This document shows, piece by piece, positions 33,001 to 34,801 of a stretch of DNA of 64,000 nucleotides. The position numbers and the translations under genes are program-made. A model generated the notes under the pieces. It did not search any database. It was not told the DNA's origin and saw nothing but the letters and a program-made list of their open reading frames with translations. Each line of letters opens with the position of its first letter. Position 1 is the first letter of the stretch. The DNA is from Promethearchaeota archaeon. GTDB lineage: Archaea; Asgardarchaeota; Lokiarchaeia; Sigyniarchaeales; SOKP01. Location: NCBI GenBank assembly GCA_030603385.1, contig JAUVXW010000011.1:29564-93563 (forward strand). Direction: 5' to 3'.

Positions 33001-34273
33001 GTTCCTTAATGAATTCATCTAATTGCGGACCATAAATCTTCTTGACGTGTTCCCTAACTTTTCCATCTTTCTTCTTTAATTTTCTGCGCCCTGAAAGGTC
33101 TAAATTAGATAATCTTTGTGATTCTTCATACTTTCGAAATGATATTCTTTGCTGCCTTCGAACATATGAAAGATCAACATAGGAATCAATCTTATCTTGT
33201 TTAGTCCCCTCAGAGATGGCAATACTTTTTATATTTGGTAAATTATCCTTATATTTTACTGGTGTTTGAGGGATATAATCTTGAAAAAATGATTTACGTT
33301 GTTGTTCATATTCTTTCTCCATGTTATTAAGGAGTTGAATTAATCTTACTATATCCCCATGATAGGTGTTTACGAATGAAGGTTTAAGTCTCTTACTTGG
33401 TTTTTCTCCAAACACAGTATTAGTTCTCTTTTTTTCTACAACTTCTTCTTGTAAATTTTCTTCTTCGATTGGCTTCTCTTTTTTGATTTTAACCCTACTT
33501 AAGCTAATTATTACATAAAGATCGTATTTATAGATAGGGTGCGAAAAAATCACAAGGAATATGAAAGGGGTAAATAGAAAATTTAAAGGAATAGTAAAAT
33601 AGAAAGAAATAGTACAAATAGCTGTAATTATTCCTGTAATTACTGTAAAGAACTGCTTTGAGCCGGTTGCTATATTTCCTTTACTCCCATGTTTGAATAG
33701 ATATAATTCATAAAAAATTAAAGTGAACAATAAAAGAAATACTACCTGCACTTGAGAGGCTGAAATAAATAAAGACAGGTAATGAATATACCAAAATGCT
33801 GAGAGTGAAATATATTTGAGAGCCTTTAATGTTATAGTATAGCCCTTATGCGCACGAGAAAATAGTGGTCTTATGCGCGGCGGTTTTGAATGAGTATTTC
33901 TTAATTTTTTAACAACATCAAAGTAGTAAAAACCACCTCTAATCGAGCAATATACTGACATCACAAGAAAAAGGGGGATTAATACATAGAGCGAATCATT
34001 CAGCGGGTTAGCATAATAGAAGAAAATAAGAAGTCCTAAAATAAAGGGAGTAAGATATAAGATAGCTAATAAAATACTCCTCATTATTAGAGATCTTTTT
34101 CTTTGATCTTTTGAAGTTACTTCTTCTTTGCTAATTCCTTCCCTTTGTATCGAGACTTGTGTCTGCGTTAATCTAGAAGAAGTAATCTGATTTATTTGAT
34201 TATTACGCGTACTATGACCATGTTTCGTACGTTCTATATCATATTCTTTTGGTCTTTCTTTATTTCTACTCAT
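1..34273 (-). CDS. Giant membrane-anchored surface protein, at least 11,424 aa, 3' end outside the window
   Basis: ATG at 34273 (MSRNKERPKEYDIERTK...) with GGTGA just upstream, overlapping the stop of the preceding ORF. Hand translation of long stretches is open, and the same frame reads ...DYQNKIMVDYWVNCEFVQDYD at bases 2-64. Any internal stop would have put the upstream part in the ORF track, and no listed minus ORF here is in this frame. Confidence 0.95.
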   Translation of the reverse strand, partial: MSRNKERPKEYDIERTKHGHSTRNNQINQITSSRLTQTQVSIQREGISKEEVTSKDQRKRSLIMRSILLAILYLTPFILGLLIFFYYANPLNDSLYVLIPLFLVMSVYCSIRGGFYYFDVVKKLRNTHSKPPRIRPLFSRAHKGYTITLKALKYISLSAFWYIHYLSLFISASQVQVVFLLLFTLIFYELYLFKHGSKGNIATGSKQFFTVITGIITAICTISFYFTIPLNFLFTPFIFLVIFSHPIYKYDLYVIISLSRVKIKKEKPIEEENLQEEVVEKKRTNTVFGEKPSKRLKPSFVNTYHGDIVRLIQLLNNMEKEYEQQRKSFFQDYIPQTPVKYKDNLPNIKSIAISEGTKQDKIDSYVDLSYVRRQQRISFRKYEESQRLSNLDLSGRRKLKKKDGKVREHVKKIYGPQLDEFIKEHLGLKVILLDYKNDVDVVEFAHVRKGYRHLFKKLGYSNKYLKTLELYGKKYSKKFLNFHTISYREFSTAIENFWRERLEKIFSGVIIVEGKEYILPESQKALYAKARDLLNFTDSINITKFLKNKSENISLLEKHGYSDSFTSDLLRIIEEIEFEKEILNDVFHFMRNENGYSSILKNEGYSNEVIKKFRAIFKKIEKKYKTLTQIEYSKNLEETLSEGEYNFLQEQKEKLKVFFKGEGKNENPRVRNKLREDLYNELTPLKVKHGSHVLTLARHRRTVESILMQRLERYKTAKKITTKSKTKNLEKSSLKDHLHQIKAKLSQKKVINLGITLSIFGILTKKLGRYKAAKSEETKSKAKKLTHSTLKDRLHQIKTTISQNKVKYAGIFLSIFGLFLFTLLYFTPSSTIFFPQDIKFLFFLIQVGLSFFSYIFFNGWRLLGRRQVLFLPLSFLPLPWIGYLLFTNGMIEYAQLLPIINICICYFLSRKSPEIIPKKTQSHLLESVKNASIRKFAHDIRYKGARAYHKNKFIVLWTLLFLISIAFVGVFVLAPQFQLICYGCIFAAIFLFTFKSTAFIRRYLRSQQKEKQRRSQSRKTLFTYNDKIARSALLVVVFLTVFPLIFAVNSISSINSPDLEFARVSPEQRLHPSSIDFTTLEYSSFLEDLDKLSINDEIVIKCKISPSIGAASHVRVRFIPQDVPSIEGYRLKKYYELSSDYVNGPRKDYIMMTHVPLNTLHLAPGTYKVEVYYGELTGFGFRSALPKTYEIVIEKDALEVLSNERFSEPLEDGFNYGAVYTFEYEIDGKLCWNIVYDGQIVNSLHKPVQLDNLELFIEDNDRYTKITNLNTDKDGKFYLNHTVYGSIEQNLLVKIEHEGDEFYKSLSHEEYAGLESDIFGRRFFIDENRDGYPDWPYDLYDLLKASYSESEPSSSLDFMAEFDENFGTSTYDLIHNYQGLIQGGTSWDIGKRDYGLYFDGDGQVTGGSGETIGTTIYNAYANVSYEYYLETNSIKSPQTTSNVERSGGGSVPVIESMLVDGSTSASSILTCDKPPGVQSGDLLVLIPFNDDISTTQQFIDNKVGWTLVTEVGNGISDSHIGMYYRVANGTEDSYESVTAQSSDEWGMWYLRISGVNTSDVIEDVSSDSISSSSPLSISGVTTNEDNCLIIYANAFDGGDGYPFEVSGTGFTEVDDYQTDTSGNSDVSASFGYKNMTSTGSSGTAIVTAQVGDGMAGYQVAINSAGGGTSGEEWQDTSKAAFQDDDDTYISFTTSTEDTSDWLQLNNFGFSIPTGASIDGIEVQIDRRANQTTIKDDAIYLRKSSGPVGNNEADTSSNWDDIDDDSYDSYGNSTYLWGDTWEVTDINSNDFGIDISVKYFGASDTSARIDHLQIKVYYTESTPTQDSGISHPDGDVTTEWESSHTGDHADLINETTLDTNDYIYTSSIASNNITDEFFMNTFDISSGSVTEIQIKVYGKEIDIDSTVNVYCGSWLGARQLDMSSTPAWHTFTWSGLDLSKANLDGMKIAFESEPPEEGGMSYENFDYVDFGDILDSTLGVSDTEFVITAWVYPTAFASNQSVNGIRNCFFSKSGVIELGVNETGFLQVHIIADTVNATAEYGFPGAIALNTWTFIAVRYNNSGNDVDVLIGDTWCREAIGATAEPWSSGGTLKGGGALIIGAEISTYSCFTGRLDDISVFNSSISDAEIESHSGGPYLAIDVVVSQEDGQGGWLPITVSGQTIDGWLNFECNSTGKPIELLEFFLAGTEPDLQNPTPEAWILLASFDASFSPDDGLYSYINTSWNIPDNESWYFVVKAIDDINNYVYDSYSTYFKIDHFDELINFTYVDNEGRINHNSQIGVNIDFEDHLSSLDVYINYSNDIDFLARVNYDDLTSDHWLIYLDSLSDWVNSKGLNPNNYDINFIIEANLSYGFSSCLYNYTLNHTILDINPPQMTLFSGDPYTLVLGKTYDNVQDNIVTMAINSTDTDFYKVDIEYKYETPTTSDWVSYGTFYSDENSLADISFNIFNLRDDNMTLRFIGYDVLDNEKILSDSSYWIVKDLNNHEQFRIEGLDNSVLYGLDQDGMINIDLKVFPVDNDITKIVVLTSYESFSLTSIVSEQNHIYFEDNGIKLNSTFYDIEGSDFTLIPIDIRLYQDAMFITSKEIIIIVTTATFDDIVEISNLFINISSEINNILMSFVDNPNAYNNSHRIPYIVNNLPPVLKIFNSHGDLVKIIELQVDYDYFASLNYTDEQNDSDIGSPSTTTNTDRIAGGGDDSEAQSPTITSNININLGGGGSYTTNWLSPFTASSVDRSNSIDWANLGNTLAQNDSYASANIIISEESVPIIESWTEQGDSMPSTNLILSKPSGVEVGDLLVLIVMNDDTSSIAFSDNKANWNFVGTSGDGVSDAHIAVFWRIADGNENPTETVTSAGLDEWMGYYLRIMGADDTTPINIKSFTQSSSSSNSHVIPAVTTTVDNCLVLYGLSFDGGDGYPFEVSGTGFTEVDDYQTDTSGNSDVSGCFGSKDLASQGTSGDATVSCSVSDGAAYFQIAIAPDNGGSSSTETDWLRLSDFNFAIPVGATIDGIEVGMDRKQDSPGSSIRDFSIFLRNSTGQNGEDKATSTWWNITDIDGYDIYGGSTDLWNGVWSVSDINNVNFGIDIAVENVGTTNTAYIDLVRIKIHYTLPDASGEEWVDTTKATSQNNDDTYVSFTTSTETTSDWLRLTNFGFTLPTSGVTITGIEVLFDRRSTVSDSIHDMELYLRNTTGQVGDNYADTLTSWDIVDNDVYDVYGSPTDLWGTSWAATEINSNDFGIDLYVEYNGSVNTDARIDHVQIKVYYTQSPQDQEPWNDLGKLVTQDGDYTYVSFSTLTESSSDWLRLANFGFNIPIGATINGIKVEMDRMATVGSAITDGEIFLRKISGQVGVDMANSTPWDTIDNDIYNIYGNSTYLWGASWTPTEINSADFGIDIYINYTGSSATDARIDHLKITVYYTHSPEIVISDNRFAVDLPELLEGDEICSIEAVKLNTSSYEFSYFKDAQNEEIFITLITQHDLDGLYDYTNPISIDFGVSNASHYSNQFKGSYNFTVLPQDNYTFVGEFFDISGVVSTYAISQPITIDYHGPQIYRQFDTNTTINPESGAISFYISDFSDVSTYYFDTTISGYWNTIDNIYTFYFNDASLSEGLKNIKLICNDTLGYISEYPFAIIIDKSAPIFNNVQVNYAYGNNLFEINATLTESSEYSISIECLHLSSGTIAPDFELTIIEIGEDQWQILIDTNWLQNGYYNITLIATDAAGNFNIYILENIYIDNSCPVVELIEEHIYVDNENIYNSTVVDTIYFNDNKNLTISAFDTVYDGFDWSQIDQTIADQLGIKNITFYYTNPLAWYNISIIGSLNYEQFIYEIDGYGDYFSSTQYIKSIQSIKIGDYTIDKFTILLDGTSLLLYIDPQYRYALSPASTRHIYAQFYELVDDEIVLQFSNNAKKWELLSSGRSCFNISDYLSLSEGDNFLFWLEIEDGMGNVLVSHKYEGYYDNVILKNDDYSLFNWVLGTNSTGSGIIIFGSDNYEDSTIHIDTSSILPDINGDSDAHRILVYGSSDEVNWDFVGRAYFSGEDDIWNYYWDGDYLKSIDKLPPENYFLKCLVFDKSGNYLDFNGSYCGTYSFGNEDVGNSGIDIDFIDATTLYTCEIESGDTIHSKILHLYEDDGAWNQGRNYFDAIGSGTVEFYVKCGETDERHRFMLAGATVGPMIYFHDTGYITAYYSTTHHNTRTYAADIWYHIRIDFECGTGEYEGLAADTYFLYINGSKYGPYNFWEIQSDISSWLYDPGGIAGGNAFVDAISYSWDEQYSIGENNYEFGYSPIKTYDYTQIKLISDLVFGNIFEYNSSLFSNENEIEGYIENYFGTTNLWDVIAQYYNPIEKEWVKMQTDPATILTNGSYSITWDINEDASFMASMYNFSYEYLPLQAAPLDNADLWGSWGLFGNSNEWQPIIISEASSDLDISIYKFDDQTGWTLDSSLSDEGTIASIQDQVFKLWDINKDSIYEIIRISSSQIDVIYLNDNLDWVIKENVTQLSGYNYITFDVEYDGSTTNSVMLTVQQDSSEAFSLWKYYFDTDYDLTYLVDCHAPLNFIPTSVEFVNYFSATDRKAILVGGLIEGSYYSQLFEYDFNLEIKNVIEDSVLGKILVIEYDEINGVDSIILGIERLAIGKMDAVIALRRKSGTEEWTDFEITGFDDIKFKIIDLFAIADNNLRKLLIASETGVFQTTITYLEDTTSIVSPVCFVSEVLGKQDLLPIYYPVITPKKTPIYMVNKITYKLNGDNNWYDLDIDKYRVSRTEIRLDLNSIWSNLAFAKVAYSFESFVGGEKTSIDPSFKNQNGTSDTQTISASGLFYSDISLPLLWLNPATSYESPIANWNWLPNSLTYQYTPVISGLGSTAIYPEVNSEWSSEYMMPELENSLIYYGDSYDSGMLAQNLNAKDDYLGETMFDGSFEGNYIDGAWISNPYISENFNFSQMYYSEIHDETSSGLYNFDGEQRILVENSLVNIEPDNSQVALIYDSGTLPSSLSAEYLTDIDYPDQDSGWDDGNFLNTHTDDSNYIRLSTDWTGYGYTYFGFFEMDIPYDGDDFYFSFHATSSYKPCELKINGQRLYYDTEIDFDRELITDVNYITFDFGDQFTGFSADVFYFKLERVSSNNPAVQGASLAEMKSVFSNWSQYMTTEKDENGIFGFEFTYKLPVISKESLEEIQVSFDASIYSLSFTQEYPLSLQLWNFEYNRWESLPVAPLDGNDYYYTDGLDLDFWGGHPTSAYTDDDMFRPKWGTTSLNDINTIGYGKCFPSTMDDSGNIVFDDSVLAGGSFLNNDDTSKQINTLFLDQSELITDEDYKVLFYDTDYNTNKFQLGNIIIDPATPYTKEYNDFPAYQNGFSFDANSEFYGNFINDLHEFKIHLITNRESGQVDNAYLCVGDFKTYTLTDTNYLNYDEFESNAIGTHHVSDDIDFTSNGIELYGYSGFNLKEPERTEKFRDNFRTSTWDLFGTSQDTIIFEKDIIDAAIARSLHPTTNYNIDNLSTYRHTYVGDHQSNTASIVEGSLVAGTDIYDTHEDDSNSMGITSEYFPIFNQRTKTRYSNLVITKTFDLYYDITSSFLTQIQIYLGDTDSPVHLIASTDGVQISLSGWTRVENNDPNLDYIWVMSSSIFIHQIDVDWLTSYDVIEEIEAFIITPDLIEYLALGSNDIWELEATITDGGTSLLLYSVEGFNADTITWEHRPYTHALLSFSPAYGQTFTLDLGAVKSTKSYFKIDTETLHYGVDYWNPKVKYQLAKRHQEPGLLYMQSDESESLSLKSQVYSKNISVTPNDQIVIEFKPKTSNEINFTLYCDGEVVQIFTIVPQGNNDFSSQFIILETSETIQFDQLMFSGTLDDTNYLSVSSISVLEGANIIDTQLSPYDYVEESYKPYIETGTPLTSSWFAHFEDGQYYNISSNLKSTIQEVFVEFEFSVPKSETVDMNKMGINLKGFATSASLEGATFKVRNLNSSLYEDIDYILRNVDTFSFSILEDQFYKFDDGDFYTISFKIGLIASSEFVVHIDSLNIFTYKPWSVEHDLYRASFVFEPVGTGQNETDYVSVFVNDNINITIYDDLLDFGDNVISFYYNPNEQKWHGYFYNNTYNDFTDLLNIADSEFTAPKLKIESHYGDTDKGIIVKSIESQYYTQIRNEQDFAKYKSLIASYKAVDGHADVLELDADDRLLNAENTFAQISADVDIIYSFHDEMEHENIFEYELLPTFAVGSYDNLESYIYDETGFILDSATGLSDSYVTDFYGDAVKTLGDLNPDIRDNDSVTCDFKVAWAQRSYQSSSYTVEAEVNNPPYTSGPQDEAGWSTREDDGKERVYWAEVVYTNEDWVRYSDYYHFALANYPLPYYPADVDVEAKIHWGFRPDRGTSYLVWQNTFCKIYAKRWSSGVYEEIAEIPYEELTELTLDLDQAYYLYVGPGMPPTYIYKIDLKIVTQVWCYNLGNPSLQVTLDYLYVDEKGYQNDPNNAKVGFNFDSLLNGQNDFIVNFDGWTDTWDGSEYTGGYYTSYFYVNDNIEHTFSYDDSNGFSGFFANIDSLMALVVADAQGLDGEAYDRRLLIDYLYLEWLNQPVNITLKNDKIINVTSSLSHKQQNPAPIDSGLYDDPYFGKNSIHFTLKNSIQTPIFGRENDIIWADLELSDLELDFKVYPDTNKPLENNNIEGNNETKYVPAILGNYTEYSTSRFRHSASDDIQIPLLTPIQLDFGQIDLAMYERGILELALELDIDLDNRASDSTWSLRSRLLYYNYTSGYWEDFKGMIRIESQDYNRAVWDPVTFSDNFIDYLQDFRVSNNIIPILNDNDINVKNPFTINNLNNNTIKDGVMKLAFLSYIIPSNISIDPDSNNFVYERMNPEIPIEISQTVDVIDCVFIGESRQVMYPEASLTANLELDENFRANLSLIDNLGEILAVKGILSEDSVVYEYPIYYYWTTQDNELAFNSPMKYQFTNVSIEYIPQLILTYNSSDGYWYLPGSFVSGDINYTKPFFVSDLWVNNTHYGTYIHPDVNVWYTIGSNDYGMFVDFTNATHLDSIVKGTIHFGKVDDTSLYRFSLKDETLLRNNILPNPSDFVGGTLHLEFNTGFKDVIHSELSQVLCGDYVLKVSLYELDMGRNELSSIGTLEKVLDTNYLGFHYYELELSFDEIDYVEGGEAVLAETFTRDASSDLYITLEVMISECSVDGNLFKGMFAHELLYANIEMESQDSVYLYNEESIEGPYFTIAQNGIILTQVDITSYIFESSDLEYKYNFEIYSLYAGAEILREHIDYSFDQDQKVITLIGPYKGYNGYLIANIIYYAFEWHEGMISSLSPVTLTFQYDYVKNITKFMELIIQYSEIPGFQFENIDLNSGRLVFSDETKSSSLLKIYLYNYRENRWDESSFVCYDDYTGTNTFSYIVDRNFLMFENYFNETETGDFEIKAIFTIEGDNDESFLSKAGFSITSIAANMYYDTPKTEAKVTPEVIFDVDLTEYYTDSDIYLEEITLSLDYFGELEFDDSFIFSQYMLLEENYNVYIRNEYLDFEEFSLENDEITLSREQIDRFIYHDIENEKYFIRAKLEYDWNCILEMNLGSNSKLEVLSTLNLFKYDLTAAYTSYETTRISAQKVNIAYDLAEIFAPNYYETDGSIEVLENDEETDIGILGGFLRNSATKQRLMVRQELLYNFTEGSKNIVIDREYTDAILKFLIPYGFITSPTDYITNTTRLTFISDSDVKLIEVYYHDGNDYQKKGDMTQDEDNRCKFDFIWTNAAGDTGASSGEGIKIMFNITDILGNNGQYKYILIADFDDPTPEITLENGTENYQNDQVAGPETSIDFNSGEQEESSISQPYSYEDPFTSYDSQYMSYTPSPDDYSSIWNMDALYMQSLFPTTSSSEAWGGWSLNYNSDDTYSTFNDGDLNSEILGANYDVPEQPADFSFSKGTLQSQGNLADYGDTYSTFRSTSVPSWYNSGWAYRKAITLKSDWISSTFTNFPFYFSVWDTGITIYAQFDGDDILFTASNGITKLDHEMEHYAGGGSGHIRAWIRIPTLPSTGTTIYIYYGNPTCGNQQNIEGVWDSNYVLVEHFEESSGATIDDSSDFDNDLTVVGPNLDVTGFLGRDSDGVYFDGTNDYLYRADDSDFDFGTGDFTVSCWFKTSKTAFEALVSKTSSSANLGWSLDKNANHDIRLILRDSGSYVAYATGTFDNDVWYHVYGRRSGDNLKVKVSEAISGTDTGVDNVDVSSSYELRVGDRYYSHQYFSGYMDEVRISKVARSDSWLWSNYQNQVNPSNSYTKGAKESVPYGELSFTVNAELTGVESGDSVVAQLKYSYKNAESVPVTLSIYNHAQSNWNTVIDDTVYSSFSQHTYDITSDYYDASYNLQFKFEGSSILNQFDFYLDQFKIDYFSWSPTGDLYADISKTISETFLNRYDSGFSNYKKLYNISVEFNYRFTKDNSLLDDFAQFTIDGNDYTLTKDGSWHIFSDTIEFDSTSKNGFDLMFNISNGLLELDNMKYTYTFKCLDSSDQILLQQDFEIDFPEEDELLNLRNFLNMDYLLYTSYSFNPTLDELTYYNTYGRANKLEIIFKIKADGVWHDTALLYALNSAETDVYSFNITQYMRDNKLNTFQDFAVEYVLIGNSSELTVNYVTLSCTTSLKQIQEYYRIIDNTMGSVSEWVKFDSSDISILDDLGDLPENFTIEYKVIDFAGNECINSTYNDNYQHIIFSREKFISLTNDSIDLNSLDTIDREISFADNNQFNHLDYLDAYINGFKYGTAYLENGFYRLSFGSENSYETLIAYSDSLTSNYIYSNTNPINHVSWEVRDSDFFGVVKHVLVDGDIVITNPLTYNTNCTLEIEHIYDRGYMLQNYARIREAFYYNTSSGDNEIIYLALMIDFVVDNNGVVTFPEGSRLHDLYNNPSKVKDSLIYFNYDASPFYDQLQLSNADGFFINFTMPAIYYEHTTIGKLTVSFHDFTGKTFSKVYWDIDLRKYFLESIRDQYEIEIFGLGKMMSIPLYIDLNELAFSNPGTPFDLSLLESITITISDSELWPGSFLQEVGEYSVLNLPYQRVGILDFTLYNLISDDITPDENGHVQSTVMFISPDYYDLFAQAPFNITRLDIEFTNLKMYNDGTEIAGEYYATYSFEDELGETGADIDFVDTYYAAEDCSVSIISELDGHKDVLQMNDQSDTGRTYIFQQFSSSLDNTIEFWLGSSWNPDYTYRNAYIYIDDDGTNLAFLMLTGPAFRYYNGSTDITISSFNQDTLYHIRIDFDDTANTYDVYVNGILEVSDIAYLNPSTEGIDRIRLYTRDYNSGYKIYFDAIGFSHDLNYDIGDNRYPYAEVEYSDFIELNYRWNDSLSPVILNDLIKIPVNLINASSGEILSFDVASWITKHDKDSLSGYYSKYYYSRFEVPKLLGDFDITFGSFGTPIHNIHFGDFKEVGMWNLGDEGKAYDVVNRNHGIVSGNPQLVDGKVGKAVRFDGSGDYYNLGNPEELQITGSQTICMWLYPEDFSQRRNPYAKAYGGEGTITQEMSGTLSYYYGTAGVNAQPYQGFGSSQTIPLNDWSFICVVRNLENMRLYWYIDGELTNEVDALYSAATTSSLSAYIGQGYAYDYQGKIDGVRMYDSALTEDQVKWLYNEGDGQIDPLNDIRCKINVTQESLFASGPIYLQETTYELEYGDSLMLKGAVLDNDEYIVEDRVYTYRYQEALDGTTVHHLDFESPFNDDTFIDKEEFAIYYVSNIDNDNDTLEILPLYSTLNGKYFKNKTILDFNKDPYISYIDNAFLLNIYWDSQSQAFINYDTELLISYKVLNGRPIAPISFSSLDSYGNDNRDYLVEIPFARYDMLNRSWVTEDDFIEEFSIDKKLLYEDVESTGAVLQGAEYYDGQLIQTGVIAFEGIYVNWSNSDIFELLDDSQYDWSINVNGELSIADLPYSSGDVFRVIYYSVNPTPIIHSINSLVSSVNYIQVENSTGFKYNFELGTDYIISADGYRIYFKDLYNTILKSGNFSLYDRFEINYHTSLARKIDLSQNLLLTLQDSEGNDIPIDTVPIDSIGLFEYDQPLREDGTLSIPLGGGKKLVHMCLKYLPSNIFNKSAGQLMDIDYNGSDFGKIYPYKESNAWAKPFTVITIPKKVKLEMIEDPSQNILINQRFYEEREYVFNYNPAEALENGEEYTKVSIDALVRENYTFTFKLTDFKDKPINNSIVWLHIGFMPKSKTEFLNTRTVIDDLGISPYFESLGTEEITSRGPGEGPSKMFGRPLLYELNNYSTGYSAYGPYMFIFGRTDEFGEVDFDMSFNSDYLEDFVDIFGNLEGINSIEDMILYIRAFSTYFDWDDFAIDTPDQYLCSTDENVFDGSTKLPNYNFDDLAIQDSTYVEGLIRLHKGDIILGVHDYLSYNLPDSDLGDDYDPLTLHLYVNEADPIPSTTSTTLESLIKVYSSSELEAQSGDILSDDYRYHAIIEFYTPSGTLVETKYMEIQEGYDSGFIEITNDYDQLEILLTALGPGISTIKVYVAESEYYKKSPVVIVPLEIRPPNWIKFGEKNTQIDLINPFISAWGTAYDNEVEMPFESNYPHLIGSIWVEPDFMGTSDEIERSIQDYIEINLDCTIYNDDGTTSTFPLENNIMLRPGNHDGILTFKTGLGPENAFLMGLQCDLNLSFNINFNKDEIYEDLRNVEIYLLDLRLEANPSSSTPNTTWSIYDDGVYFNDIITVDKEGLVEEETGILYLGGTENGQIYGQEIALLFSNETLDYGIDADSELLSLLALVEIDALRIKGRKDGDEYEFVQDIDWIMPYNPSGSLHNDSIIRFIGSKLPDSGSEFSIAYKLKFDFTGKIFGNVTLGYLGQLKTYNESSIELRLPQGFLPASNSSYSPMYTRFIESCDGATADYIMPYGKLSATLSDFIIYNEEELEKLNDNNPIDKNLDNNHLKILFSQAPGTEFNVIYGVKSQYTLSYGFQKINRSYSDSVRLMYNDSSSSKIIDGSDNELFSCDLDDLSLYISLDNSNDTTSLKLFNVPLLYAPEINLNFTLDHTVLDLIDTFDNDFNNLTIEFKYITNDGFYEFYSDPIVIPLDYSDLSPDIVNNIYSIQYYKDLQAIYDMVGADTVDIEVILHHEGDSSNYIPYIILESFDYVADEHIVENYDRAPLNRQGKFLTKSAINTPHYYQVFSQPFIDGTPYGDSPFELIDGSEVTIGLQGLPNATLVSVNSDGEDYEFGFLGTSETLLVNDTNFYMIPNLGMFIDTYNIEEPLYQDGFLDLYYGSGTQIDGEKQYTSSIFMDYEGDFIPDYRSNINNYKSTSWEDTYNFVYQFLTTDRITASGRAFYHQIFDLDVDTNSSSVMNDIFPNYEGNIYFGLQLPEDFEVDEIRTVGLPYHYALSVQGFPIGKYMDDYCEVQTGYSGAFTPSEQTLEFPLDFALEFDENGTAYILSFRPIGDLSSYTDYQNKIMVDYWVNCEFVQDYD
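5465..6075 (-). other. Intact LamG domain within the giant protein
   Basis: GKVGKAVRFDGSGDYYNLG...TICMWLYP...WSFICVVR...YIDGE...YQGKIDGVRMYDSALT. Confidence 0.88.
6375..6990 (-). repeat. ConA-like module, copy 2 (YATYSF...TIEFW...YHIRIDF...YFDAIGFSHD..Y.IGDN)
   Basis: Clear paralogue of 21445-22050. Confidence 0.75.
9480..10490 (-). other. DUF2341 plus LamG module within the giant protein
   Basis: WYNSGWAYRKAITL...NFPF...DDILFT...KLDHEME...AWIRIP.L...TTIYIYYGN, then HFEE...YFDGTNDYL...DFTVSCWFK...WYHV...FSGYMDEVRIS. Confidence 0.85.
21445..22050 (-). repeat. ConA-like module, copy 1 (YCGTYSF...GTVEFY...WYHIRIDF...FVDAISYSWD..YSIGEN)
   Basis: Clear paralogue of 6375-6990. Confidence 0.75.
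24035..26255 (-). repeat. Three copies of jelly-roll-like domain A plus one copy of domain B, nested
   Basis: Conserved DWLRLxxFxFxxP..(A/V)TIxGIxV..DR...YG..TxLW...W....IN..xFGID...IDxx.I..(Y/H)YT at ~25325-24960, 24945-24490 and 24475-24035. Confidence 0.9.
25458..25534. repeat. 77-bp exact repeat, copy 1
   Basis: acatcagaatttccagaagtgtc...gacttcgaatggata is identical to 29397-29473. Confidence 0.95.
28820..29990 (-). repeat. Fourth copy of domain A containing a second copy of domain B (VPVIES...KPPGVQSGDLLVL...)
   Basis: Same motifs as the 24-26 kb copies. Domain B at ~29925-29283 is paralogous to ~25985-25350. Confidence 0.88.
29397..29473. repeat. 77-bp exact repeat, copy 2
   Basis: Identical to 25458-25534. 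Confidence 0.95.
31120..34273 (-). other. N-terminal polytopic membrane region of the giant protein: two TM clusters flanking a ~500-aa Lys/Arg-rich soluble region
   Basis: Hydrophobic segments at ~34080-33500 (ILLAILYLTPFILGLLIFFYY etc.) and ~31860-31120 (GIFLSIFGLFLFTLLYF ... ALLVVVFLTVFPLIFAV). The sequence between them is basic and everything downstream is acidic. Confidence 0.8.
31808..32143 (-). repeat. Diverged 168-bp (56-aa) tandem duplication in the giant gene
   Basis: LERYKTAK...LKDHLHQIK..LSQ..V...GI.LSIFG followed by LGRYKAAK...LKDRLHQIK..ISQ..V...GI.LSIFG; starts at 32143 and 31975. Confidence 0.9.
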
Positions 34274-34535
34274 TATTTTCACCTTTCATTTCTAATCTGA
34301 TGAGCTGATTAATTTTTTTAATATAAATTGAAATCCTTTCAGGATGATACTTAATTTGATTAAAGTATCTTTTTAGCTGATTTTTGGCTATTTTGCGCAG
34401 GTTAGGTTTAATAGACCTGATAATTAATTGGAAAAATTCTTTATCAGAAATGTTATCTAATTCTAAACCAAGATCTTTCCTTGCAAAACTCTTTGTAGGA
34501 AACTCAATATGTGGTCGAATACCGGCAATTGCCAT
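34266..34535 (-). CDS. Small basic hypothetical protein, probably translationally coupled to the giant gene
   Basis: ORF track 34266-34583. The likely start is ATG 34535 after GTGA. Its TAG stop overlaps the giant ATG by 8 nt. Confidence 0.75.
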   Translation of the reverse strand: MAIAGIRPHIEFPTKSFARKDLGLELDNISDKEFFQLIIRSIKPNLRKIAKNQLKRYFNQIKYHPERISIYIKKINQLIRLEMKGENNE

Positions 34536-34732
34536 TTTTTTAATCACTTTTTTTATACATTCTAGAGAAAATATTCTATACAATTAATATAAAGGACAGC
34601 TACTACGATAAATCTTAATGCCTTAATCAACATCAGCTAATTTTTGTCAATCAATAAATTAATTTATCATTAATGGTATATTTAACAGTTTTGTTTTTTC
34701 TTATATTTAAAATTTACCCTTAAAAATGAGCG

Positions 34733-34758
34733 GAGATTCTTATTTTTTTGGGAATCTC
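34733..34758. promoter_or_regulatory. 26-bp palindrome, copy 1 (candidate operator)
   Basis: GAGATTCttatttttttggGAATCTC. Confidence 0.65.
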
Positions 34759-34775
34759 GAGAATTTCTTAGAAGA

Positions 34776-34801
34776 TAGATTCCCAAGTTTTTGGGAATCT
34801 C
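34776..34801. promoter_or_regulatory. 26-bp palindrome, copy 2
   Basis: tAGATTCCCAAgtttTTGGGAATCTc. Confidence 0.7.

Noticed and set aside
1-34273. Alternative genetic code or non-coding desert to explain the missing ORFs
   Set aside because: One standard-code frame is fully open; it is missing from the track only because its stop lies outside the window.
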